NCBI GenBank assembly: GCA_016929445.1
Contig: JAFGIU010000005.1
Location: 12,899 to 76,898 of the forward strand
Source of the DNA: Candidatus Omnitrophota bacterium
GTDB lineage: Bacteria; Omnitrophota; Gorgyraeia; JAFGIU01
Length of the DNA: 64,000 nt
Direction: 5' to 3'
The notes under the pieces are model-generated. The model was not told the DNA's origin. It searched no databases and worked only from the letters and a program-made list of their open reading frames with translations. Below are positions 9,022-20,827 of the stretch, piece by piece (within the stretch, counting starts at the first letter, position 1; each line of letters opens with the position of its first letter). The position numbers and the translations under genes were made by a program.

Positions 9022-9585
9022 ATGAAAGGCCGGGAAAGCGGTATGCCTGAGAAGGATATATGGGAAGAGTTTTTCGATCCCGCGAAAATTTTGGCAACGC
9101 TAGGAATGGATGAAAAAATCAGGGATGTTGTCGAGTTCGGCTGCGGCTATGGCACCTTTACGATTCCTGCCGCGAGGATGGTTAAGGGGAAGGTGATTGC
9201 GATTGATATTGATTCTGCAATGACGTCGCTGACCCGGAAGGAAGCGGGGCAAAGCGGGCTTAGTAATATCGTAACCGCGACCCGCGATGTCGTGGCTGAT
9301 GGAACGGGCGTTGAGGATGAAAGCATTGATTTCGTGATGTTTTTCAACATTCTCCATATTGAGCAGCCAGACATTTTGCTTCGTGAAGCGCGCCGGATTC
9401 TTCGCAGAGGCGGCAAGCTCAGCATTATCCATTGGAATTATGATCCGTTGACACCCAGAGGGCCTTCGATGGAGATTCGGCCAAAGCCGGAAGATTGTGT
9501 CAGGTGGGCGGAAGGCGTAGGATTTCATTCGCCGCAACGGTATGATTTAAAACCGTATCATTATGGGATTGTTTTGAGTAAATGA
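9022..9585 (+). CDS. class I SAM-dependent methyltransferase
   Basis: Motif I VVEFGCGYGTFTIPAA, motif post-I KVIAIDID, and motif II region (ESIDFVMFFNILH). ATG 9022 has GGAG 10 nt upstream. The ORF extends upstream to 8971. Confidence 0.6.
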   Translation: MKGRESGMPEKDIWEEFFDPAKILATLGMDEKIRDVVEFGCGYGTFTIPAARMVKGKVIAIDIDSAMTSLTRKEAGQSGLSNIVTATRDVVADGTGVEDESIDFVMFFNILHIEQPDILLREARRILRRGGKLSIIHWNYDPLTPRGPSMEIRPKPEDCVRWAEGVGFHSPQRYDLKPYHYGIVLSK

Positions 9586-9598
9586 AGGAGGGTTCGCT

Positions 9599-9919
9599 AT
9601 GAAAATCGGCGTGATTATTTCGTCAAATGACGCGGAAACAAGCTGGAACGCGCTTCGGTACGCGAATTTTGCGCTTAGCCAGAAGGACGATGTGAAGGTG
9701 TTCTTCATGGGCAAGGGCGTTGAGTATCAGAATATCAGCACGGACAAGTTCGATACCATTGGGCAGGCTGAGAAATTAATGCAGGAAGGTGGGGAGATTT
9801 GTGCCTGCGGAACGTGCATCAAATCCCGCAATGAGGAAGGCTCTGAAATGTGTCCAATCAGCACGATGAAGGACATGTATGACATTGTCAAAGAAAGTGA
9901 CAAGGTGGTGACATTTTAA
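9599..9919 (+). CDS. DsrE/DsrF-like sulfur-relay family protein
   Basis: 106-aa MKIGVIISSNDAETSWNALRYANFAL...GGEICACGTCIKS. Size, topology and conserved Cys match DsrE/DsrF-like proteins. Confidence 0.55.
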   Translation: MKIGVIISSNDAETSWNALRYANFALSQKDDVKVFFMGKGVEYQNISTDKFDTIGQAEKLMQEGGEICACGTCIKSRNEEGSEMCPISTMKDMYDIVKESDKVVTF

Positions 9920-9927
9920 AGGGTGCT

Positions 9928-11250
9928 GTGCCGGAAATGAACGGCAAAAATCCCCTGCTAAAGAAAGAAATCGGGCTTGGCGGGGCTGTGATGATGGGCC
10001 TGGGTTCCATTCTGGGAACGGGAGTTTTTGTTTCCGTTGGAATTGCTGCGGGCATCTCCGGCCCATCCGTTATTCTGGCTGTCCTGCTGGCGGCGGTTGT
10101 GGCGATGTGCAATGCGTTTAGCAGCGCTCAGTTGGCGGCTAATCACCCGGTAAGCGGCGGCACATACGAGTACGGATACCACTATTTGCACCCCCTCTTT
10201 GGGTTTACTGCGGGATGGATGTTTTTGTGCGCCAAAAGCGCCTCGGCGGCCACGGCATCTCTAGGCTTTTCCGGTTATCTGGTAAACAGTTTGGGGCTCC
10301 CGTCCGGGTATTTTGTTCCTGTTGCTCTGTTGGTTTGCGTCCTATTCACAGGGTTAGTGCTTAGCGGTGTTCGCCGGGCGAGCGTGGTTAATAGTGTGAT
10401 TGTTGGTATGACGTTGCTTTCGCTCGGAGCTTTTGTGGTCTGTGGCTTGCCTTCGGTTTTCTCAACGGATCACAGCCGCTTTATTCCCTTTTTCGCTCCC
10501 GGACCGGAACATGGCAAAGGGGCGATGGCCGCGCTTCTTCACGCAACGGCATTGATGTTTGTGGCGTACACGGGGTATGGGCGAATTGCCACTTTGGGGG
10601 AAGAAGTTCACGATCCCCGGCGCATCATTCCACGGGCGATTGTTCTTACGTTGATTGTGTCCGCCGTTGTTTATACGGCGGTTAGCGCGGTGGCGGTAGG
10701 TGCCGTCGGTTCCGAAGCGCTTAGCCAAGCCGCCCATACCGGGGCAGCTCCCCTGGAAGTGGTGGCCCGTGGATTTTCACCTGCGGGAGTGCATTTAGTG
10801 GTGGCCTTGGGAGCTATGACGGCCATGCTGGGGGTTCTGCTCAACTTGATCCTCGGTTTATCACGGGTATTGTTGGCCATGGGACGGAGAGGCGATATGC
10901 CTGGGGCAGTGGCGCGTCTTAACGCAACGCAAACGACACCTTATGTGGCGGTCATCGTGGTGGGAATGATTATTATCGGTTTGGCCTCCCTGGGAAGCGT
11001 CAAGACGGCATGGACGTTCAGCGCGTTTACAGTGCTCATTTATTACGCCATTACAAATTTCGCCGCCCTGCGTCTGACAAAGGAACAGCGGCTTTATCCA
11101 CGGATTTTTGCCTGGGGCGGCCTTGGGGCCTGTCTATTTTTGGCCTTTTGGGTAGAGGTTCAAGTCTGGGTTGCGGGGTTTATCCTCATTATGTTGGGGA
11201 TGTTATGGTGGGTGGTCGCCCAGCAAATAGCTCTCAGGAAATCTGCATAG
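9928..11250 (+). CDS. APC-family amino-acid/polyamine permease
   Basis: 12-TM protein with a GLGGAVMMGLGSILGTGVFV N-terminus, typical of APC transporters. Confidence 0.8.
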   Translation: MPEMNGKNPLLKKEIGLGGAVMMGLGSILGTGVFVSVGIAAGISGPSVILAVLLAAVVAMCNAFSSAQLAANHPVSGGTYEYGYHYLHPLFGFTAGWMFLCAKSASAATASLGFSGYLVNSLGLPSGYFVPVALLVCVLFTGLVLSGVRRASVVNSVIVGMTLLSLGAFVVCGLPSVFSTDHSRFIPFFAPGPEHGKGAMAALLHATALMFVAYTGYGRIATLGEEVHDPRRIIPRAIVLTLIVSAVVYTAVSAVAVGAVGSEALSQAAHTGAAPLEVVARGFSPAGVHLVVALGAMTAMLGVLLNLILGLSRVLLAMGRRGDMPGAVARLNATQTTPYVAVIVVGMIIIGLASLGSVKTAWTFSAFTVLIYYAITNFAALRLTKEQRLYPRIFAWGGLGACLFLAFWVEVQVWVAGFILIMLGMLWWVVAQQIALRKSA

Positions 11251-11312
11251 ATCATACGAACGTCAGGACTTCCCCAAAAATGCGGGTTTGCGGTTAAGGC
11301 ATCTTCCGCCAA
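11251..11312 (+). repeat. ~57-bp direct repeat copy 2
   Basis: ...GACTTCCCCAAAAATGCGGGTTTGCGGTTAAGGCATCTTCC... matches 8891-8953. It sits directly after the APC permease stop. Confidence 0.5.
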
Positions 11313-11518
11313 GAAAAAGTTGCTAAACTCATCCAATCGGTGGAGCCCCTGAAACAGGGGACATGTGCTTGTTACGTGTCCCCTGTTGATAGTGATCAAG
11401 CAAGTTCGAAAAGAGGCCGGTAGAGGCAGCCTTCATCCCCAACCCTCCGCAATAAAATAGGTTGCAGCGGGCTGTTGTTTGTCGTTGTGTTCACGTCTGG
11501 AATAGGGCAAGGTGATGA

Positions 11519-12559
11519 ATGGACCTGGAGGAAATGATGGGCTCTCAGGCAGTCCGTAAAATTTTGATTATCGGCCACACCAATCTCGGAGATGTGGTTT
11601 GCGACGCGGCGGTGGTTGCGCCTCTGCGGAGTTGTTTTCCACAGGCAGAGATTTCCTTCCTGACCTCCCCGTCCGGGGCGGAGTTGATGAACGGCTATAC
11701 TGGGCTGGACGAGGTAATTTGCTGGGACAAGCGCAGCGTTGGCCGTAATGTGCTGAAGAGAGTCCATTTTGCTTGCCGGTTGCGTGCAAAGCGCTACAAC
11801 CTTGCCGTTGTGCTGAAAAAGACGTTGCTGCAACGCTTTCTCTCGATTCCCCAAATTTGGGAGCTTTGGGATGTTCGCACAATGAGATCAAACCGGGCGC
11901 GCTCTCATCCGGTTGATAGATATCTCGAACATCTTCGCGGCTACGGTGTCGATGTGCCAAGAGCCGCTTTTGGGTTTTCATGGAGACCGGAGGATGAAAT
12001 CTTTTGCGACCAATTCCTGGCTGCGGCAGGGATAGGCGCTCGGGATCGTCTGGTAGCCATTTGTCCGATGGCCGCTTGGTCACAAAAGAGTTGGCCTATA
12101 GAAAAGTGGAATGAACTGGCCGAGGCTCTTCGAAACGGTCACGGGATAAGGACAATCGCTCTGGGCCGCAGTGGAGACGAACGGTTCAGGGAGCTTGTCC
12201 GGCGGCAGATTGACAATCGGATTGTTTCGGCGCTGGACGGGACAAACTTGAAACAAGCGATGGCCTTGATGAAGAGATGCGCTGTTTTTATTGGCCCTGA
12301 CTCCGGACTGCTTCACCTTGCAAGCTGTTTGGGCATGGAAACAATCGGAGTCTACGGACCGACTCCGAAGGACTATATCTACCCCTATTTTCACCGGGGG
12401 AATCTGGTTTCCACCGGCGCGGACCTGCCTTGCATGCCTTGCTATCCGGGTTTCGAGAACTATCCCTGTAAAGACAGGCATCCGTACGGTGTTTGTATGG
12501 AAGAACTGGATTTTCAGCGTGTATGGGACTTGGTGAAGCAGAAGCTTATGCTTGGCTGA
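11519..12559 (+). CDS. glycosyltransferase family 9 (ADP-heptose:LPS heptosyltransferase-like)
   Basis: KILIIGHTNLGDVVCDAAVVAPL N-terminus and C-terminal FIGPDSGLLHLASCLGMETIGVYG motif, characteristic of RfaF/WaaC-type GT9 enzymes. Confidence 0.75.
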   Translation: MDLEEMMGSQAVRKILIIGHTNLGDVVCDAAVVAPLRSCFPQAEISFLTSPSGAELMNGYTGLDEVICWDKRSVGRNVLKRVHFACRLRAKRYNLAVVLKKTLLQRFLSIPQIWELWDVRTMRSNRARSHPVDRYLEHLRGYGVDVPRAAFGFSWRPEDEIFCDQFLAAAGIGARDRLVAICPMAAWSQKSWPIEKWNELAEALRNGHGIRTIALGRSGDERFRELVRRQIDNRIVSALDGTNLKQAMALMKRCAVFIGPDSGLLHLASCLGMETIGVYGPTPKDYIYPYFHRGNLVSTGADLPCMPCYPGFENYPCKDRHPYGVCMEELDFQRVWDLVKQKLMLG

Positions 12560-12826
12560 TAGGGTCGGCTGGTCTGTAGTATTCTGCAAGGGGAGATTTC
12601 TCAAAACCCTCTGTGGACTAATAGGTTACGGATGGTTTCGATTTGGTTGTGGCGTTGGTTTAGGAAATGCAAGACGGTGTATTTGCCGTATGGTTCCGGA
12701 TTAAGTATGATGCGCAATGATTGATCAGAGGTTTCCGGGATAACTGTTACTCAGTCCAATGCCTTAGGAGTGGTGGAAACCAGTTGGAGCTGGCTTCTGG
12801 TAAGGAGTGTAGGGAGGGGATTAGAG

Positions 12827-13252
12827 ATGAAGATGCTGCAGGAATTCAAAGCGTTTGCAATGCGAGGAAATGTGGTTGATATGGCAGTGGGTATCATCAT
12901 CGGTGGCGCGTTCGGCAAAATCGTGGCTTCGCTGGTAAATGACGTTATTATGCCGCCGATTGGAAAATTGCTGGGAGGTGTTGATTTTGGAAGTTTGTAT
13001 ATCAATCTGAGCGGTACCCAGTATGCAAGTCTTGAGGCAGCAAAGGAAGTGGGCGCGGCCACCATTAATTACGGGCTTTTCCTGAACACGGTTATTAATT
13101 TCGTCATCGTTGCCTTTGCGATATTCATGATGATCAACGTAATGAATGCAGCCAAGAAAAAGGAGGAGGCAGCTCCTGCGGCTCCCCCAGCCCCTCCCCG
13201 TCAGGAAGTGCTGCTAGAGGAAATCAGGAATCTTCTAGCCACGAAGAGATGA
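12827..13252 (+). CDS. mscL: large-conductance mechanosensitive channel
   Basis: [46 protein letters not shown] is the canonical MscL N-terminal helix plus TM1. ATG 12827 with a GGAGGGG SD. The ORF from 12770 is an upstream extension. Confidence 0.9.
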   Translation: MKMLQEFKAFAMRGNVVDMAVGIIIGGAFGKIVASLVNDVIMPPIGKLLGGVDFGSLYINLSGTQYASLEAAKEVGAATINYGLFLNTVINFVIVAFAIFMMINVMNAAKKKEEAAPAAPPAPPRQEVLLEEIRNLLATKR

Positions 13253-13539
13253 AGTTTCCACTTGGGCACAATGCTGCTTGGCAGCCTTCCAGGCGCAAGG
13301 ATGATGTCATTCCCACAAGGTTTTTGGGGTGGACCTCAAACAAGCCAGGAACTCTCCTTACTACCGGCTTAATAATGGGGTTGGGTCACTCCTCCTAAGG
13401 TGGGTGGAGCACAAGAAGCTTTGAAATGTTCTGCCGTTAATGATGTCCAAGGGCTTTCTCTTTTCTGTACAACAAGTTAGGATCTTCGCCCTGCATTCTT
13501 GTATGTGCTTGCCACCAGGAATGTCTATCGCTACACTAG

Positions 13540-15813
<2,274 letters not shown>

Positions 15814-15870
15814 AAGCCTGAAGCCAAACTCGTGTGAGACTGGTAGAAGGAGCTTTTGTTATATAATACT

Positions 15871-15924
15871 GGCGTTGCAGTTGCGGCGAACGGGAGTTCG
15901 TGGGTGACTGCAACGCCTTTTTTT
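15871..15924 (+). terminator. rho-independent terminator after katG
   Basis: GGCGTTGCAGT...ACTGCAACGCC 11-bp stem followed by TTTTTTT. Confidence 0.6.
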
Positions 15925-15960
15925 GTCACAAAACGTTTCCAAAGGAATTGCGAAAACACC

Positions 15961-17631
15961 ATGTTTAAACCGAAGCTGTTGACTTGCCTTAAAGATTATT
16001 CGTTCACGCAGTTTCGCTCGGATCTCATTGCCGGGTTGATTGTCGGCGTTGTGGCTTTGCCGCTTGCTATTGCTTTTGCGATTGCCTCCGGTGTTTCTCC
16101 GGACAGGGGGCTTGTGACTGCTGTTGTGGCAGGATTTCTTATTTCAGCCTTGGGGGGCAGCCGGGTCCAGATCGGCGGCCCGACGGGTGCATTTGTCGTG
16201 ATTGTGTATGCAATTGTCCAGAGATACGGCATAGACGGGCTTGTCCTGGCCACTTTGATGGGGGGAGTTATTCTGATCATCATGGGCCTAGTCGGCTTTG
16301 GTGTTGCGCTCAAGTTCATTCCTTACCCTGTTACGGTCGGATTTACATCGGGAATTGCGGTGATTATCGCGTTGGCCCAGGTGAAGGACTTTCTGGGCCT
16401 TTCGATGGATCAAGTGCCCGCTGAATTTGTGGATAAGATTGTTGCTTACTCACAACATATCACTAGCTTCAACCATTACGCGGTTGTCCTGAGTTTCACA
16501 ACGGTTATCATTATATTTCTATGGCAAAGACTATCCAAAGTAGTGCCGGGATCTCTCGTGGCGTTGCTTACCGTTACGGCCGTGGCCTATTTCCTTAAGC
16601 TTCCTGTCGAGACCGTCGGAAGCCGTTTCGGCGACATCCCGCATGCCTTGTCATGGCCGGTTTTTCCGGCTATCAATTTGGATATGGTCCAAACGCTGCT
16701 TCCTTCGGCCTTTACCATTGCGATTTTGGCCGGGATTGAATCGCTTTTATCTGCAGTTGTCGCGGATGGAATGATCGGAGGAAAGCACCGGTCTAATACT
16801 GAGTTGGTTGCACAAGGTATTGCGAACATCGCATCGGCGCTATTTGGAGGCATGCCTGCCACGGGAGCGATCGCAAGAACGGCTACCAATGTCCACAATG
16901 GAGGCCGCACTCCGGTAGCAGGAATTGTCCACGCGTTAACGCTTGTGCTGATCATGTACCTGTTTGCGAAATGGGTCGTCTATATTCCTCTCGCTTGTCT
17001 TTCGGGGATTCTTGTGTTGGTTGCCTACCGCATGAGCGAATGGAAGTCGTTTGTAATGATCCTAAGATCGCCCCGGAGTGATGTGGTTGTCCTTCTTATT
17101 ACGTTTCTTTTAACGGTCATTATGGACTTGACGGTTGCCATTGAAGTCGGGGTTGTGTTGTCTGCTTTCTTGTTGATTCACCGGCTTTCGTTGACTCCGA
17201 ATATCGGAATTATCTCGAGGGACTTCAAGGCAAACGAGGACAACGGGGATGATCTAGAGTTGCACCAGGAGGAGATTCCGAATGGTGTTGAAGTTTATGA
17301 AATCATTGGCGCCTTCTTTTTTGGTGTGGCATCGACATTTATTGAAACAATGAATAATATCGAGAAACAGCCGAAGGTGCGGATTCTCAGAATGCGGAAT
17401 GTATTGAGTGTCGACGCGACGGCTTTGAATGCGCTGCGGCATGTTGTAAGGAATGCAAAGAAACACAATCTGGCTGTTGTGCTTTCCGGGATTCATGCGC
17501 AACCGATGATGGCCTTGAGGCAATCAGGGCTTTACGAGGAAATCGGCGAAGAGAATGTGTTGCCCAATATTGACGCGGCATTGGAACGTGCCCGGGAAGT
17601 GCTGAAGATAAGTGAACAGGAGGACAAATAG
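15961..17631 (+). CDS. SulP-family anion transporter with C-terminal STAS domain
   Basis: FRSDLIAGLIVGVVALPLAIAFAIASGV N-terminal SulP signature, a polytopic core, and a C-terminal STAS-like region. ATG 15961 lies downstream of the katG terminator; the ORF from 15856 overlaps the terminator. Confidence 0.85.
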   Translation: MFKPKLLTCLKDYSFTQFRSDLIAGLIVGVVALPLAIAFAIASGVSPDRGLVTAVVAGFLISALGGSRVQIGGPTGAFVVIVYAIVQRYGIDGLVLATLMGGVILIIMGLVGFGVALKFIPYPVTVGFTSGIAVIIALAQVKDFLGLSMDQVPAEFVDKIVAYSQHITSFNHYAVVLSFTTVIIIFLWQRLSKVVPGSLVALLTVTAVAYFLKLPVETVGSRFGDIPHALSWPVFPAINLDMVQTLLPSAFTIAILAGIESLLSAVVADGMIGGKHRSNTELVAQGIANIASALFGGMPATGAIARTATNVHNGGRTPVAGIVHALTLVLIMYLFAKWVVYIPLACLSGILVLVAYRMSEWKSFVMILRSPRSDVVVLLITFLLTVIMDLTVAIEVGVVLSAFLLIHRLSLTPNIGIISRDFKANEDNGDDLELHQEEIPNGVEVYEIIGAFFFGVASTFIETMNNIEKQPKVRILRMRNVLSVDATALNALRHVVRNAKKHNLAVVLSGIHAQPMMALRQSGLYEEIGEENVLPNIDAALERAREVLKISEQEDK

Positions 17632-17733
17632 ATGGGAAAAGAACAAAACGCGAGAAAGAACGAAAAGAAAAAACCCCAGAAGACAGCCAAGGAGAAAAAA
17701 CAAGCCAAGCGGGAAAAGAAAAAGAATAAGTAG
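17632..17733 (+). CDS. 33-aa lysine-rich micro-ORF (MGKEQNARKNEKKKPQKTAKEKKQAKREKKKNK), speculative
   Basis: ATG starts at the nucleotide after the sulP stop, and its TAG lies 8 nt before the MFS start. Not in the ORF track because it is under 60 aa. Coding status uncertain. Confidence 0.2.
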   Translation: MGKEQNARKNEKKKPQKTAKEKKQAKREKKKNK

Positions 17734-17741
17734 CAGGTCTC

Positions 17742-19148
17742 TTGCAGACTAATTCTCTCAAGACAGACAAATCTATCAAGAGGGCCGTTCTGCTTGCGGC
17801 CACGCTGGGGTCCTTTCTGACCCCCTTTATGGGGTCCTCCATCAATATTGCTCTGCCCACCATCGGGAGAGAACTCTCCATGGACGCCGTGCTGCTGGGT
17901 TGGCTTCCCACCGCGTATCTTTTGGCTGCTGCTGTCTTCCTGGTCCCTATCGGTAAAGTTGCGGATATTTACGGGAGAAAACGCGTATTCACCGTTGGGA
18001 TATGGATCGATGCGGTTTCTTCGGTTTTATGCGCCCTGGCCGGCGGATCCGCCTGGCTGATCGGTTGTCGCGTGGTGCAGGGGATCGGGAACGCCATGAT
18101 GTTCGGCACCGGAGTGGCAATGCTCACCTCGGTGTTTCCTTCCGGCCAACGAGGTAAGGCCTTGGGGATTAATGTGGCGGCAGTCTATTTAGGGCTGTCT
18201 TTGGGCCCCTTTTTAGGAGGATTACTGACCCAGTATTTGGGCTGGCGGAGCATCTTCTGGGCAAATGCGCTGGTGAGCGCAATGGTTCGCCTGTTTGTTC
18301 TGAGCGCTATCAAACAGGAGTGGGCCGAGGCTAAGGGAGAGAGACTGGATATTGTGGGTTCGGTCCTTTACGGAGTGATGCTGATTTTGTTGATGTATGG
18401 ACTGACCCTGTTGCCGGCAAGAGCAGGTCTCTATCTCGTGGGCCTTGGAATAGCCGGCTTGGGAGCTTTTATTAGGTGGGAAATCCAAACACCTCATCCT
18501 GTCCTGGACATGAAGCTGTTCTTGGACAACCGTGTCTTCGCGTTCTCGAATCTGGCTGCGCTGATCAACTACAGTGCCACCTTTGGTGTGGGATTGTTGT
18601 TGAGTCTGTATCTGCAATTTGTCAAAGGACTGGATCCTGCGCATGCGGGACTGGTGCTGGTGGCGCAGCCGGTGGTGATGAGTGTGTTTTCGCCGTTTGC
18701 GGGGAGGCTTTCGGACCGGGTGGAGTCGAGAATCGTGGCTTCGGTCGGAATGGGCCTGATTGCTATCAGTCTGAGTTTGTTGAGTTTCCTGAACGAGCAA
18801 AGTTCGCTGGCTTTTGTGATTGCGTGTCTTCTGTTACTTGGCTTGGGTTTTGCTCTCTTTTCATCACCGAATACAAATGCCGTGATGGGTTCTGTGGAGA
18901 GCAAGTTCTATGGAGTAGCCTCTGCCACATTGGGCACCATGCGTCTGACCGGCCAAATGCTGAGCTTAGGGCTGGTGATGTGGCTATTGACTGTCTACGT
19001 TGGGAAGGTCCCCATTACACCCGAAGTTCACGCGGCCTTAGTCCTGGGCACAGGAATGGCCTTTAGGGTCTTCGCCGCATTTTGCGCCTGCGGGGTTTGG
19101 GCCTCCTGGATTCGTGGAATGACAGGAAATCTTCCGGCCCAGTTGTGA
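17742..19148 (+). CDS. MFS transporter, 14-TM DHA2-like (TTG start)
   Basis: GRKRVF motif, GxLaD-like loop, and 14 predicted helices. Confidence 0.8.
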   Translation: MQTNSLKTDKSIKRAVLLAATLGSFLTPFMGSSINIALPTIGRELSMDAVLLGWLPTAYLLAAAVFLVPIGKVADIYGRKRVFTVGIWIDAVSSVLCALAGGSAWLIGCRVVQGIGNAMMFGTGVAMLTSVFPSGQRGKALGINVAAVYLGLSLGPFLGGLLTQYLGWRSIFWANALVSAMVRLFVLSAIKQEWAEAKGERLDIVGSVLYGVMLILLMYGLTLLPARAGLYLVGLGIAGLGAFIRWEIQTPHPVLDMKLFLDNRVFAFSNLAALINYSATFGVGLLLSLYLQFVKGLDPAHAGLVLVAQPVVMSVFSPFAGRLSDRVESRIVASVGMGLIAISLSLLSFLNEQSSLAFVIACLLLLGLGFALFSSPNTNAVMGSVESKFYGVASATLGTMRLTGQMLSLGLVMWLLTVYVGKVPITPEVHAALVLGTGMAFRVFAAFCACGVWASWIRGMTGNLPAQL

Positions 19149-19182
19149 AGGATTGGTGATGGCAAAATAGTAGAGGAGCGCT

Positions 19183-19770
19183 ATGAGAGGTCATTTGACA
19201 AGATGTGTTATTGCCTCTGTGATTGTACTTTCCGGATGTGCCTATGCCGGATATCTGAAGGACCCGTTTGTGGATATCCCCGCATTTTCAAAGGTTACGG
19301 ATAATTTGTACCGGGGAGCCTACCCGAAGCCCGAGGGCTATACTCGGTTAAAGTCCCTGGGTATTAAAACAATCGTCAATCTAAGCGACGATACTCGATA
19401 CGAGCCCCAAGAAAAGAAAGTGGCCGCAGAATACGGGTTCAACTACGTGCATATTCCTTTGGGCGTCTATACTTGGCCTGAGGATGAAAACGTTCTAAAA
19501 TTTCTGCAGACAGTTTTGGGGCCGCAATACCAGCCCGTGTTTGTGCACTGCAGCAATGGCCGGGACCGAACCGGTGCCATGATTGCCGTGTATCGCACCA
19601 TTGTGGAAGGAAAGGGCCCCAAAGAGGGCTATAAAGAAGCATTGGATCACGGATTCTGGCCCTATCGGGGCGAGGTGGTTCTTAAGAAATATATTCACCA
19701 ACTCAAAGACCGGAAAATTCTCTATGAATATGTGGAGTCCCACCAAAACAGCCGGGGTAGTTCTTTTTAG
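19183..19770 (+). CDS. dual-specificity/tyrosine phosphatase-family lipoprotein
   Basis: Lipobox-like VLSGC N-terminus. HCSNGRDRTG is the CX5R phosphatase P-loop. Confidence 0.65.
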   Translation: MRGHLTRCVIASVIVLSGCAYAGYLKDPFVDIPAFSKVTDNLYRGAYPKPEGYTRLKSLGIKTIVNLSDDTRYEPQEKKVAAEYGFNYVHIPLGVYTWPEDENVLKFLQTVLGPQYQPVFVHCSNGRDRTGAMIAVYRTIVEGKGPKEGYKEALDHGFWPYRGEVVLKKYIHQLKDRKILYEYVESHQNSRGSSF

Positions 19771-20095
19771 CGCACTTTTGGTTTGTCCGCAAGCGTATGC
19801 GTTATCCCCTCCGCATCATGTCTACAATATTTCCAGACGATTGGTCCAAGTTGTCGGGGCGCCTTTTTACTGGACCTTTTATCAAGGTCCGAAAAATGCG
19901 AAAAAGGCCTATGTTGAAGAAGTCTGGGAACTGGAAAAGGAAGAGCAGCGCGGTAAGTGGCGCAACAGGCTCATTAAGGCTCCGCCGCGGATGATCGGGG
20001 AAGAAGCCAAAGCCATTGTGGACGGTATTACCGGGAGCGTCGATGCGGCCGGCGAGGCACTAAAAGAATTTATCAGCATCTTTTGCAGCGACTAG
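19724..20095 (+). CDS. small secreted hypothetical protein (overlaps 3' end of phosphatase gene in another frame)
   Basis: An in-frame Met at 19724/19730 begins a clear signal peptide, MWSPTKTAGVVLFSALLVCPQAYA. 47-nt overlap with the upstream gene. Confidence 0.35.
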   Translation: MNMWSPTKTAGVVLFSALLVCPQAYALSPPHHVYNISRRLVQVVGAPFYWTFYQGPKNAKKAYVEEVWELEKEEQRGKWRNRLIKAPPRMIGEEAKAIVDGITGSVDAAGEALKEFISIFCSD

Positions 20096-20155
20096 CCGGA
20101 TTATCTGCTGGGCCAGAGAACAATCTTCAAGGTACTGGAAAAGCGGGGGAATGCC

Positions 20156-20827
20156 GTGCGTATTCTTGTGGTCGAAGACGAAAAGAAACTTGCTAGTTTT
20201 GTGGAGAGAGGGCTCAAGGAACAGCACTATGCGGTTGATACGGCTTACACCGGGCCGGATGCGCTCTTTATGGCCGTATCCAATTCCTATGACCTCATCA
20301 TTTTGGACTGGATGCTTCCCGGCAAAGACGGTATCACAGTCTGTAAGGAATTGCGGGAAAAGAATATCTCCGTTCCGATCCTTTTGCTCACTGCCAAGGG
20401 AGATATTGACGACAAGGTGACAGGACTGGATGCAGGAGCGGATGATTATCTAACAAAACCCTTTTCCTTCAAAGAGTTGCTGGCCCGTGTGCGGGTGCTT
20501 TTGCGCAGACAAAGCGGTGAAAAGCAAACCGAGCTCCGGGTCGCGGATTTGGTGCTGAACCAAGCCACTCGAAAGGTGCACCGCGCCGGCCGGGAGATCG
20601 AGCTGACCAGTACAGAGTATGCGCTCTTGGAATATCTTATGATCCATGCCGGTGAGGTAGTCACGCGCACCATGATCTCGGAGCATGTTTGGAACGACGA
20701 CTTTGACACCTTTACCAACGTGATCAACGTTTATGTAAGTTATCTTAGAAAGAAAATGGACACGGGGTATTCAAAACAACTCATCCATTCTGTAAGAGGA
20801 GTGGGCTATATGATCAAAGGGTCCTAA
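20156..20827 (+). CDS. OmpR/PhoB-family response regulator
   Basis: Receiver domain (VVEDE...[14 protein letters not shown]...LLLTAKG) plus winged-helix C-terminus ([10 protein letters not shown]...IHSVRGVGY). Confidence 0.9.
   Translation: MRILVVEDEKKLASFVERGLKEQHYAVDTAYTGPDALFMAVSNSYDLIILDWMLPGKDGITVCKELREKNISVPILLLTAKGDIDDKVTGLDAGADDYLTKPFSFKELLARVRVLLRRQSGEKQTELRVADLVLNQATRKVHRAGREIELTSTEYALLEYLMIHAGEVVTRTMISEHVWNDDFDTFTNVINVYVSYLRKKMDTGYSKQLIHSVRGVGYMIKGS

Noticed and set aside
8891-11312. The 57-bp direct repeats as integron attC sites bounding a gene cassette
   Set aside because: No integron integrase is present. The repeats lack the R''-L''/L'-R' inverted-core structure and GTTRRRY core of attC, and they are direct repeats rather than individually palindromic.
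15856-15960. Upstream extension of the SulP ORF to 15856
   Set aside because: The extension reads through the katG intrinsic terminator (15871-15924) and adds 35 non-conserved residues. ATG 15961 begins the canonical SulP N-terminus.
17632-17733. The A-rich 17.6-kb segment as a poly-A tail or rRNA-derived fragment
   Set aside because: It is short, lies in frame between two tightly packed genes, and has a mixed K/E/Q codon composition. It is interpreted as a possible micro-ORF or leader rather than an RNA gene.
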